Shown here: piece by piece, positions 1-8,010 of the stretch
How positions within the stretch are numbered: the stretch's first letter is position 1
Layout of the letters: the number at the start of each line of letters is the position of its first letter
Virus record (IMG/VR): IMGVR_UViG_3300045988_143931
Coordinates: 96,001-160,000 of that record
Strand: one strand, 5' to 3'
DNA: 64,000 nucleotides
DNA from: a virus
Notes under the pieces: model-generated
What the model was told of the DNA's origin: nothing
The model's database searches: none
Seen by the model: only the letters and a program-made list of their open reading frames with translations
Program-made: the position numbers and the translations under genes

Positions 1-312
1 AATGTAATAGGAATTGGTTGTAATACAATTAAAACGCATCCTATTCAAAAATATTATAACAGATATAGAAATTCATGGAATAAGAATGGTATTAAACCGA
101 CTTTACATGCTGAAATCAATTGTCTTAATTCTATCCGTCATCTGGATATAAATTTCCAAAAAGTAAAATTATATATTTTTAGAACGAGATTAGACAGAGA
201 ATTTGGTATGTGTCGTCCATGTCCAAGTTGTATGGCAGCGATTAAAGATTTAGGGATAAAACATATTTACTATACAAGCAACGATGGATATTCCTATGAA
301 TGTATAAATTAA
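1..312 (+). CDS. cytidine/deoxycytidylate deaminase-family protein, C-terminal part (5' end outside window)
   Basis: Frame 1 is open from base 1 to TAA 310-312. Translation contains HAEINCL and PCPSCMAAI, the H-A-E ... P-C-x-x-C zinc/catalytic signature of this fold. Confidence 0.7.
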   Translation, partial: NVIGIGCNTIKTHPIQKYYNRYRNSWNKNGIKPTLHAEINCLNSIRHLDINFQKVKLYIFRTRLDREFGMCRPCPSCMAAIKDLGIKHIYYTSNDGYSYECIN

Positions 313-329
313 AAAGAGAGGTTATATGT

Positions 330-569
330 ATGTGCAACATTTGTGGCAATAATCCTTGTCTTATAAGATGTCCAAACTTTCATCAGAAATATAATTACTT
401 ATGTTGCTATTGTGGTGGGGGTATTTTAAGTGGACAAGATTATCTGAGAAATTCAGAAGGACAATATATACATAGAGACTGTATTCCATGTACTGATTAT
501 CTTATAGATTGGTTGGGATATCGTGTCGAAACAATGGACGAGGAGGATTATAAAGATGAGAATTATTGA
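330..569 (+). CDS. small cysteine-rich protein (79 aa), function unknown
   Basis: ORF track 300..569. The internal ATG at 330 lies 8 nt after AGAGAGG. Paired Cys motifs: CNICGNNPC, CCYCGGG, CIPC. Confidence 0.5.
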   Translation: MCNICGNNPCLIRCPNFHQKYNYLCCYCGGGILSGQDYLRNSEGQYIHRDCIPCTDYLIDWLGYRVETMDEEDYKDENY

Positions 570-831
570 TAGACTGAAAATATTTTTTGATATTGATTAC
601 AGTTCAAATAAGGAATATTGGATTCCAATTAATGAGATTAAAATTAGAGAAGAATTTCTTGCTACTCCACCCAATTACAGAAAATTCAGGAAGAAAGAAA
701 ATACATTCATCAAGTATGGTGAACTGGGGAAGATTATAATTGACAGAAATTATGAATTGATAGACGGATATTGTTCGTATCTTATTTGCAAGAAATATGA
801 CATAGGTAAAGCTCCTGTGTGGTTTGAATAA
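556..831 (+). CDS. hypothetical protein with ParB N-terminal-domain-like motif
   Basis: ORF track 523..831. ATG 556 follows GAGGAGGA (540-547). YELIDGYCSYLICKKYDIGKAPVWF resembles the ParB/Srx 'lidG..R....k.lg...pv' segment. Weak. Confidence 0.4.
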   Translation: MRIIDRLKIFFDIDYSSNKEYWIPINEIKIREEFLATPPNYRKFRKKENTFIKYGELGKIIIDRNYELIDGYCSYLICKKYDIGKAPVWFE

Positions 832-881
832 TTGTAAATAGAAATTTCATTTAGAGAATATATAAGTGGAGGTAAATTTAT

Positions 882-1097
882 ATGAATAATAATTTTGACA
901 ATGTTGAAGAAATGAAAGAATTGATTATAGATGAACTTTCGGAATGTGAATTTGACAGCAATTTCAGATGTGAAGAATGTTCTGAATTGGAGCAATGTTA
1001 TTGCAAAGCATCTATAAAATCATCTCATGAATTCGCAGAGAGCTTAGATTATGGTGGATATGATTCTGAAGATGAATTTTGGGAGAATTTAGATTAA
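882..1097 (+). CDS. small acidic hypothetical protein
   Basis: ORF track. GGAGG-type site upstream (GTGGAGG 868-874). No recognisable motif. Confidence 0.45.
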   Translation: MNNNFDNVEEMKELIIDELSECEFDSNFRCEECSELEQCYCKASIKSSHEFAESLDYGGYDSEDEFWENLD

Positions 1098-1114
1098 ATA
1101 TGGAGGTATAACTA

Positions 1115-3982
1115 TTGGATAATACAGGAATTTACATACCATCTATTGATGCAAAGGATATTTATTTATCAGCACATTACATTGAGGAAAATCCAGAAGG
1201 ATATAATTTAAAACTCAAAGATGGACAGTATAATTTACGAAAATTTATTAATACACTTGATTACAGTTTGGATCTTATAGAATTAAAAGATATTTATTAT
1301 AGGAAATTTAGAAAACATGATTTTTCATTTAGAATTAAAAAGCACGATTATTCTGTGAATGTAATTAATCTCACATTTAAGTATTCCGTTAAAGAATGGA
1401 ATCAGATGAACAAAAACACTTTTGTAAGACTTGGATATGATTACAGAGAACTTACATTTGAAGATGGAATTGCTAAAAATAGCGAAGGTGAAATTGTTGG
1501 GATTAAGACGAATGAAAAAATTGAAGATCCGATTGATATACCAAAACCATTTGTTAAAAAGCAGGTAAACATCTACGACAAAAAAGATAAATCTATTGTC
1601 AAAGAGATTCAAACTCAGTATCACAAAAAGGGTGAACCAAAGACTATAAAGACAAATGCAGAACTTAGAACTGAGTTGTATAAAGATGGATTTATATGTA
1701 ATGGTATTAAATATTGTCGTATGAAACGTTCTACTGGTTCAGCAAGAGTTGGTAAATGTCTCTTTATCAGAGAAGATTTATATGAATCAATTTTAAAGTT
1801 CAGTTCAGGTAGTCTTAAATACAATCAAGGCGATCCAATTGACTTAGCTGCATATGAGGGATATATTGCTCTTCCATCTAGTAGTATTATTGATACAATT
1901 TCAATTAAACCAGAAAATATTCTTTTAATTGATGACTATGATAGCATATTTAATGAGGATGTAATCGAGACTCACGATGAAGATGGATGGCTTAAAACCA
2001 CTGAAAAGAATTGTAAAATCACAAATACAATTTGGGATGGTCAGTCTCTTATGGATATATCATTATTTGGTGATTATTCAGAATATGGTATGCTTCTGCT
2101 TAGAAATCTAATGTTCAAGTCTTGTTGTTTTAACTGCAATATCCAACAATGGTTCAAAGATAATAATATAACAGATGTATCTCAGCTCAATGGTAAAACA
2201 AGAGCTACACGCATTGAAGATGTAAAGCTAATTACCACACCTAACAGTATTAAATATTTGAAATTTAGTACATGGGACGAATGGCTTGACCACTTATATT
2301 CTGATTTTGGTGTTGTAAAGCATGATAAGAAAACTCACTTCTTTGGTGGTCGTTTGGTACAGACTCATTATCAATTACTCAATACTCTTCAGATGTCAAA
2401 AGATGAAGTAAGGGAATTTTTGCAGGAATCACTCGACTTTGCACAAATGCTTAGAGATAGACCAGAAGTTGTGCGCTATTACATTAAATATCCTGATATT
2501 GATGAAATGTCACCTATGGATAAACCTATGAGTAGTAAGAATGATGTAGTTTATAACTTAATGTGTGTGAATGATAATTTTACAAAAACAAAATACTATC
2601 AAGAATTTCTTATTGACTTACTTCGTTCATATTACAAAAATCTCAAAAATGGACATATTTATGTAAATGGTAATTACTCTACTCTTCTTGGCAATCCAAT
2701 AGAAATGCTACAACAATCAATCGGTAAGTTTGAAGGAAAAAGTCAAATTGGAATTGGCAACATACATAGTACACGTTTTGAATATAACAAAACTCTTCTT
2801 GCTAGTCGTTCACCTCATGTTACAATTGGAAACATTTGGCTTCCATATAATACGGAGAATAAATTGATAGATTGTTATCTTAATCTTACAAATGAGATTG
2901 TGTGTATTAATTCTATTGGAGAAAATGTATTGCAGAGACTATCGGGTGCTGATTTTGATAGTGATACAGTAATGTTAACAGATAATGAAAAACTCATTCG
3001 TGCAGCTAAAAGAAATTATCATATATTCAAAACACCAACATCGTTTGTTAGTTCAACAAAAGTTAAAAGATATTATACACCTGAACAACAGGCAGATCTT
3101 GATATTAAAACATCTGTAAATAAAATCGGTGAAATTGTTAATCTATCACAAGAATTAAATTCTTTACTTTGGGATAAGATGTATCATGGTGCTACTTATG
3201 ATGATATTAAGGAATTGTATTATGATATATGTCAGTTAGATGTTATGTCTGGAATTGAAATTGATAAAGCAAAGAAAGAATTTATTATCAACAATGGTAA
3301 GGAGTTAGACAAGTTACGTGAAAAGTATGATGAGTTTGTGCGTGAATATGAAGAAAATGAAGAAGGCGAATTAGTAAGAGGCAAAAAGCGTATGCCACAC
3401 TTCTTCTCTCATATCTCTAAACAAAAAGGATATTACAATCCCGACAAGAAACATTATTGTAAATGTCACACTTCGATGGATTATTTGCAGACTATTATTA
3501 ATGGATTTAAAATTAAGAATCCTTATAAAAAGGATTGGCTTCCATTTGTATCTATATTAGATAACTCTTTATTTAGGACATCTAGTATAAATCAAAAACA
3601 GATAAATCGAATTTATAGTATTTTAAAGAAATACATAAATGAAAGGAAGAATATATTCGCCATTGATTCCGACTCAAAAGAAGAACGAAATGATAAAGCA
3701 AATAAGCTTAAAGTTGATTTAATTGCAGATATTGAATCAGAAACAATTGGTTTTTCAACATTATATCGTTTACTTTCTTCTCTTGAGGATAAAGAAAATT
3801 CTCAAATCAAAAATCTTTTATTAGAAGTTTTGTATCTTTGTGGTAATGATAGCTTTAATAAAGCTATTATCCAATCTAAAAATGAAATTCTCCAATTAGA
3901 AGGTAATGGATCTGATATTAAATTATTTAATATTGGGTTTAAAATTACAAAAAAACAAGTAAATTCGGAAATTGACAGCTAA
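1115..3982 (+). CDS. candidate single-subunit double-psi-beta-barrel RNA polymerase (YonO / RDR-like)
   Basis: 955-aa ORF with TTG start 9 nt after TGGAGG. LSGADFDSDTVML (GAT TTT GAT AGT GAT at 2950-2964) resembles the NADFDGD metal-binding loop of RNAP beta' and the DxDxD loop of YonO/QDE-1-type enzymes. Size fits YonO-like proteins. Confidence 0.5.
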   Translation: MDNTGIYIPSIDAKDIYLSAHYIEENPEGYNLKLKDGQYNLRKFINTLDYSLDLIELKDIYYRKFRKHDFSFRIKKHDYSVNVINLTFKYSVKEWNQMNKNTFVRLGYDYRELTFEDGIAKNSEGEIVGIKTNEKIEDPIDIPKPFVKKQVNIYDKKDKSIVKEIQTQYHKKGEPKTIKTNAELRTELYKDGFICNGIKYCRMKRSTGSARVGKCLFIREDLYESILKFSSGSLKYNQGDPIDLAAYEGYIALPSSSIIDTISIKPENILLIDDYDSIFNEDVIETHDEDGWLKTTEKNCKITNTIWDGQSLMDISLFGDYSEYGMLLLRNLMFKSCCFNCNIQQWFKDNNITDVSQLNGKTRATRIEDVKLITTPNSIKYLKFSTWDEWLDHLYSDFGVVKHDKKTHFFGGRLVQTHYQLLNTLQMSKDEVREFLQESLDFAQMLRDRPEVVRYYIKYPDIDEMSPMDKPMSSKNDVVYNLMCVNDNFTKTKYYQEFLIDLLRSYYKNLKNGHIYVNGNYSTLLGNPIEMLQQSIGKFEGKSQIGIGNIHSTRFEYNKTLLASRSPHVTIGNIWLPYNTENKLIDCYLNLTNEIVCINSIGENVLQRLSGADFDSDTVMLTDNEKLIRAAKRNYHIFKTPTSFVSSTKVKRYYTPEQQADLDIKTSVNKIGEIVNLSQELNSLLWDKMYHGATYDDIKELYYDICQLDVMSGIEIDKAKKEFIINNGKELDKLREKYDEFVREYEENEEGELVRGKKRMPHFFSHISKQKGYYNPDKKHYCKCHTSMDYLQTIINGFKIKNPYKKDWLPFVSILDNSLFRTSSINQKQINRIYSILKKYINERKNIFAIDSDSKEERNDKANKLKVDLIADIESETIGFSTLYRLLSSLEDKENSQIKNLLLEVLYLCGNDSFNKAIIQSKNEILQLEGNGSDIKLFNIGFKITKKQVNSEIDS

Positions 3983-4108
3983 TTACAGTTCTCATATGAG
4001 AGCGAAATTAAAGTTACATAGGAGAGGGTAGTTTTCTACTTATTACTTTTATGATTACTGCCCTACTCTATTGTAAAATTCTATAAATGCGATTATAGCA
4101 AAGGAGGA

Positions 4109-4429
4109 ATTACAATACAACAAGGAAAAAAATATTATAATCAAAATGATATTGCAAATGAAATTCGTAATAGGATTGATTGTTCATCAATAGATGTACT
4201 TCGTGTACTTAATTCGTTAGGTGATGTGGTAAAGGATAAATTTAGTGATAGTGATGAATATGTTGAATTAAAAATATTTCCTGGACTAAAAGTAACTTCA
4301 AGATATATACCACTTGAACAATCTAAATCTAATCTTAATTTAAAAAATAATTCTATTTTATCTATTACTTCAGTGTTCACTGATGATTTTCGTAAAAAAG
4401 TTAGAGAATTACATAATAATTTAGAATGA
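4109..4429 (+). CDS. HU/IHF-like DNA-binding protein (second copy), apparently with non-canonical start
   Basis: Frame is open from 4055. AAGGAGG at 4101-4107 is followed in frame by ATT 4109 and ATA 4115. The first canonical start is GTG 4226. The full translation (NDIANEIRNRIDCSSIDVLRVLNSLGDVVKDKF...VELKIFPGLKVTSRYIP...SITSVFTDDFRKKV) has HU-fold spacing only if it starts upstream of 4226. Confidence 0.5.
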   Translation: MTIQQGKKYYNQNDIANEIRNRIDCSSIDVLRVLNSLGDVVKDKFSDSDEYVELKIFPGLKVTSRYIPLEQSKSNLNLKNNSILSITSVFTDDFRKKVRELHNNLE

Positions 4430-4513
4430 AATCAGCTTTTCTTAATATCCTGCCCTATAGGGGCATTACATAATATTAAAAGTTTATCTCATAAGCTAAC
4501 CTCTCTTTCTTAT

Positions 4514-4554
4514 ATCGGTGGTTACATTATTTTGATAATGGTGTAATCACTGAT
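4514..4554 (+). promoter_or_regulatory. long imperfect hairpin immediately upstream of tRNA-Asn
   Basis: ATCGGTGGTTACATTAT ... ATAATGGTGTAATCACTGAT pairs over ~17 positions with G:T wobbles. Function unknown (processing or regulatory stem). Confidence 0.3.
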
Positions 4555-4559
4555 ACTCT

Positions 4560-4631
4560 TCCCATATAGTTCAATGGTAGAGCAACGGACTGTTAATCCG
4601 TAAGTTACAGGTTCGAATCCTGTTGTGGGAG
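4560..4631 (+). tRNA. tRNA-Asn(GUU): tRNA-Asn (anticodon GTT)
   Basis: Manual cloverleaf: acceptor TCCCATA/TGTGGGA, anticodon stem ACGGA/TCCGT with loop CTGTTAA, T arm ACAGG-TTCGAAT-CCTGT. Confidence 0.9.
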
Positions 4632-5458
4632 TTATCCTATTTTTATAGGACTGGTCGGTTTCGGATCAGAGAATATTAAATTCTAAAATAAGCATGGTGA
4701 CATGTATAAAGTGGTTCTTATCGCATTATAAGGCTGCGACTGTAGTGATACAGTTTGACGGAAAACACATAGGATTTATACCTAACCTAAAATCAGAGGG
4801 CTACTGCTAATGATATGGTTCGGTAGGTGTCATGAAAAAGGCACTGTTAATTAACACAGAAATGTGGGGATAATCCGTGTATGGTTGGTGGAAATACCGC
4901 AAGTATAACTGCTAGTCATATTTTGGTAATATCTCTTAAGTTGAAAAACAGGGATAGAATCAAAAAGCAAGGAGATCGCAATCCAAGCAGGATGGTGATG
5001 ATTGGGCGGTACTCAAAAGGTACTGATGGTCAAATATACACCTCATCGTCCAAAATTTAATTACATACTTTTAAATTGGTCAAATAATAGAAAAGATAGA
5101 TTATTTAAAGAAAATAACAAGCAAAAGTGTGTATGACCGCAAAGAGAAAAACAACTTATTGTCCTGTAATATGGACACATATAACACTCGCAAGGTGTTA
5201 TGTGAGAAAGTACAAGTATATGCAACTCTAATAGGCTGCAACCTATGAATCTCGCAAGGAAGAATGTGTAAAAAGAAAATCTATAATGCTTTGTGGTAAG
5301 AGTTTGCCAGTTATGTCAAAACTGGTGTTGTTGCTACCTACTGTCTAATCGACAGTGTGATAAATTGTGTCCAACCGCAATAGATGGTAGTGTATTGAGT
5401 CAATATCTCAGCTCATATTAAGTAAGAGTCTCATACTTCGGTATGGGATTTTTTATTT
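4632..5458 (+). ncRNA. large (~830 nt) ORF-free structured RNA candidate between two tRNAs (GOLLD/ROOL-class context)
   Basis: No ORF of 60 aa or more in any frame across 4430-5714. Many local hairpins, several with GNRA-type caps: CATG-GTGA-CATG 4693-4704, CTGTA-GTGA-TACAG 4740-4753, TAACAC..CGCAA..GTGTTA 5182-5200. CGCAA occurs six times. Ends in a UUCG-capped intrinsic terminator. Confidence 0.55.
5430..5458 (+). terminator. intrinsic terminator closing the large RNA
   Basis: CTCATAC-TTCG-GTATGGG stem-loop followed by ATTTTTTATTTT. Confidence 0.75.
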
Positions 5459-5533
5459 TGGGAATTAGTTCAGTTTGGTTAGAACGCCTGATTTGGGTTC
5501 AGGAGGTCGTGGGTTCAAATCCTACATTTCCAA
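5459..5533 (+). tRNA. tRNA-Pro(UGG): tRNA-Pro (anticodon TGG)
   Basis: Manual cloverleaf: acceptor TGGGAAT/ATTTCCA, D stem GTTC/GAAC, anticodon stem CCTGA/TCAGG with loop TTTGGGT, T arm GTGGG-TTCAAAT-CCTAC. Confidence 0.85.
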
Positions 5534-5571
5534 CTACTATTCTACTTTGTAGGAAATAAATCAAGAAAGAA

Positions 5572-5718
5572 GTGAAAATTATTAAGTACATTTCAAAAAA
5601 TGAAATTGAAAAATTATTATTCGAAGGTGTAATTAGAAACACAAGACGAGGATATGTAGATCGCAGAGGCGAACATATTGGATATTACAAGACTTGCTTA
5701 AGTAGGTTCTGCTTATGA
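5572..5718 (+). CDS. small hypothetical protein (48 aa), below ORF-track cutoff
   Basis: GTG 5572 after GAAAGAAG. Translation is VKIIKYISKNEIEKLLFEGVIRNTRRGYVDRRGEHIGYYKTCLSRFCL. Its TGA overlaps the next ATG (ATGA at 5715-5718), suggesting coupling. Confidence 0.35.
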   Translation: MKIIKYISKNEIEKLLFEGVIRNTRRGYVDRRGEHIGYYKTCLSRFCL

Positions 5719-6026
5719 AAAATCGAATTGAATATAAAGGTTTTTATATTGACAAGACTGAAAATGGCTATCGTATCTGTAGACAAGAAGATACAGAAAA
5801 GCATACTCATCTCTCGAATCTTAATCCGTCATATAGACTTATAGACAATGTGTTATCAAATAAAATTCCTACTCGTTGTGGATGTTATTATTTAGAGTCA
5901 CATATTCGTTTGAGTTATGATGAAGATTATATCAGAAAGATTCGTGAGTATATCAAAGTAAAACAGAATAAAACGAAACAAATGTATTTTAATCCTGGCA
6001 GAAAGCGTTCTGGTGGGAATTTTTAA
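5715..6026 (+). CDS. hypothetical protein (103 aa)
   Basis: ORF track. ATG start overlaps the upstream small ORF. No motif recognised. Confidence 0.5.
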   Translation: MKNRIEYKGFYIDKTENGYRICRQEDTEKHTHLSNLNPSYRLIDNVLSNKIPTRCGCYYLESHIRLSYDEDYIRKIREYIKVKQNKTKQMYFNPGRKRSGGNF

Positions 6027-6044
6027 TTTATGGAGGAAAAGGAA

Positions 6045-6272
6045 ATGGCAGCTAGTAAATTAAAATTTACAAGAACAACTACAGATAAATTAACAGTAAA
6101 GGCAGGTACACTCTCAGAGGATTGTACTACTATTACATACACTGATGAGAATGATATGGAGCAGGAAGTAAAAGTAGCCGATCTGCTTACTTCATTTAAG
6201 AATCAGGTAATTGATTTTACTGTTGCATTAAAGACAGATGAGGAGCTGGATGTTCCGTCTGATGAAGAGTAA
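6045..6272 (+). CDS. small acidic hypothetical protein
   Basis: ORF track 6030..6272. ATG 6045 is better spaced (8 nt) from GGAGG 6032-6036 than ATG 6030. Confidence 0.5.
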   Translation: MAASKLKFTRTTTDKLTVKAGTLSEDCTTITYTDENDMEQEVKVADLLTSFKNQVIDFTVALKTDEELDVPSDEE

Positions 6273-6277
6273 GGAGT

Positions 6278-7486
6278 GTGATTATCATAACTTCTTATAA
6301 AAGATTTGAAAATGAGACAGACGAAGAACTTATCTACAGAGTTTGTTCAGACAAAGATCTTATTGGCTCGTGGCAAAATGTGGCTGATATATTAAATGAG
6401 TTGCTTGGTACAGAGTATACGGAATCAAAATTTCGCAAACAGTTTCAAGCTTTTAACAAAATGTTAAGTGCTAATAGAAGTAAATTTACCGATTCTGATG
6501 AACAGATTAAGGAGATTGAAGTTCAAAAGCGTGAGTTGGAAAAAGAACGCAAAAAGCTTCAAAGCGAAAAGATTGAATATAACAAATGGTTGCGTGAAGA
6601 AGCTAGGGATGAATTAATTGCAGAGAAAATTTGTGAAGCAATTACTTCTCTTGATAAATATTCTTCTCCTGTGCGCATATCTCCATCATCTAACAAAAAA
6701 TCATGGATATTGGCAATTTCAGATTGTCATTATGGTTGTGAATATGAAATTAAAGATTTTTATGGTGGTATTATAAACGCTTACTCTCCCGAAATCTTTG
6801 AGGAAAGAATGACTATTTTATTTAATAAAGTTGTAGATAAAATTGAGGATCTTGGCATAAAAGAGCTTTCTATCATTGAACTTGGAGATGGTATTGATGG
6901 TGTTCTTAGAATGTCTCAGTTAATGCGCCTTAGATATGGAGTTATTGAATCAAGTATTCGTTATGCTGATTATTTAGCGAATTGGTTGAATGAATTGAGT
7001 AAATATGTCTCGATTAAGTTTCAAATGGTTTATGACTCAAACCATAATCAACTTAGACTTTTAGATGGAAAGAAAAATACCTTTCCAGATGAAAATGTAA
7101 GTAAAATTATGATGGCTCTTATTAAAGAGCGATTAAAAGATAATGAAAATATTGTTATCTTAGAAAATCCAACAGGTATGACATATTCAATAATGTCTAC
7201 ATACTGTGTTGTTGGATTTCATGGTGAAAAGAAAAATCTTAAAAATAATCTTTTAGAAATGTCTCGTACTTATGGAGTTCATATAGATTACACAATTTCT
7301 GGACATATTCATCATGATAGTATGGCTGAAATCGGATTGGATTCTGCTGTATTATCTGTCGGTTCAGTAATTGGTATAGATCCATATAGTATGACATTAA
7401 ATGCAGCTTCCAATGCCTCATGTTCTATGTTTGAGTTTATACAAGGAGAAGGAAGAACTGCTGAATATGTTTTTAAATTGAATTAA
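6278..7486 (+). CDS. calcineurin-like metallophosphoesterase (Mre11/SbcD-type fold) with N-terminal extension
   Basis: Ordered motifs ISDCHYG, ELGDGIDG, DSNHNQ, GFHGEK, SGHIHHD match D-x-H / GD-x-x-D / GNH / H / GH-x-H. The start is uncertain: GTG 6278 is only 1 nt from AAGGAG. Confidence 0.8.
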   Translation: MIIITSYKRFENETDEELIYRVCSDKDLIGSWQNVADILNELLGTEYTESKFRKQFQAFNKMLSANRSKFTDSDEQIKEIEVQKRELEKERKKLQSEKIEYNKWLREEARDELIAEKICEAITSLDKYSSPVRISPSSNKKSWILAISDCHYGCEYEIKDFYGGIINAYSPEIFEERMTILFNKVVDKIEDLGIKELSIIELGDGIDGVLRMSQLMRLRYGVIESSIRYADYLANWLNELSKYVSIKFQMVYDSNHNQLRLLDGKKNTFPDENVSKIMMALIKERLKDNENIVILENPTGMTYSIMSTYCVVGFHGEKKNLKNNLLEMSRTYGVHIDYTISGHIHHDSMAEIGLDSAVLSVGSVIGIDPYSMTLNAASNASCSMFEFIQGEGRTAEYVFKLN

Positions 7487-7507
7487 GTGTAGAAATACTA
7501 ATTTCAA

Positions 7508-7536
7508 GACCAAGTACGAGTGACTTGGCTTTTATA
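7508..7536 (+). terminator. intrinsic terminator after phosphoesterase gene
   Basis: CCAAGT-ACGAGTG-ACTTGG stem followed by CTTTTAT. Confidence 0.6.
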
Positions 7537-7600
7537 TTATGCATAAGTAACTATGAAAATTGGGCTAATTTTCTACTTTTAATTAGTCCGATTGTATAGA

Positions 7601-7624
7601 AATTGTGATGTTACTGTCACAATT
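7601..7624. promoter_or_regulatory. 8-bp perfect palindrome (operator-like) upstream of HU gene
   Basis: AATTGTGA-N8-TCACAATT. TGTGA/TCACA half-sites, but with 8-nt rather than CRP-like 6-nt spacing. Confidence 0.35.
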
Positions 7625-7713
7625 GTAAGTTATGAGGGAGTGTACTCAAATGAGACGCTACCCTCTTTTATATTACAAAATAAAATTAAGGAAAATAAAG
7701 GAGAAAATTAAAA

Positions 7714-7998
7714 ATGGTAAAGAACGAATTAGTAAGTGCAATCGCAGAAAGAATTGAAGGAGCTAAAAAAGGTGATATTGCTCTTATACTTGATACATAC
7801 GCAGAGGTTATTACAGATACATTAAAGGCTGATGCTACGGAATCTGTTCCTGTAGGTAAACTTGGTAAGTTTAAGGTTAAGGATGTACCTAAGAGAACAG
7901 GCAAGATTATGTTAGGTGACAGAAAAGGTGAGGAATATATAACTCCTGCCCATCAGGAAATCACATTTAAGATGAATAAGTCAGCAAAGCAGCTTTAA
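7714..7998 (+). CDS. HU/IHF-family DNA-binding protein
   Basis: 94 aa. ATG after AAAGGAGA. KNELVSAIAE...GDIALILDTYAEVITDTL...VGKLGKFKVKDVPKRTGKIM...GEEYITPAHQEITFKMNKSAK matches the HU fold (helices, beta-arm, Pro in arm). Confidence 0.85.
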   Translation: MVKNELVSAIAERIEGAKKGDIALILDTYAEVITDTLKADATESVPVGKLGKFKVKDVPKRTGKIMLGDRKGEEYITPAHQEITFKMNKSAKQL

Positions 7999-8010
7999 TT
8001 CTGAAGGGAC

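Noticed and set aside
4992-5060. 22-codon ORF (MVMIGRYSKGTDGQIYTSSSKI) inside the large RNA candidate
   Set aside because: The nearest SD-like AAGGAGA is 16 nt upstream, which is too far. The ORF is tiny and the surrounding sequence is dominated by hairpins, so the non-coding interpretation is kept.
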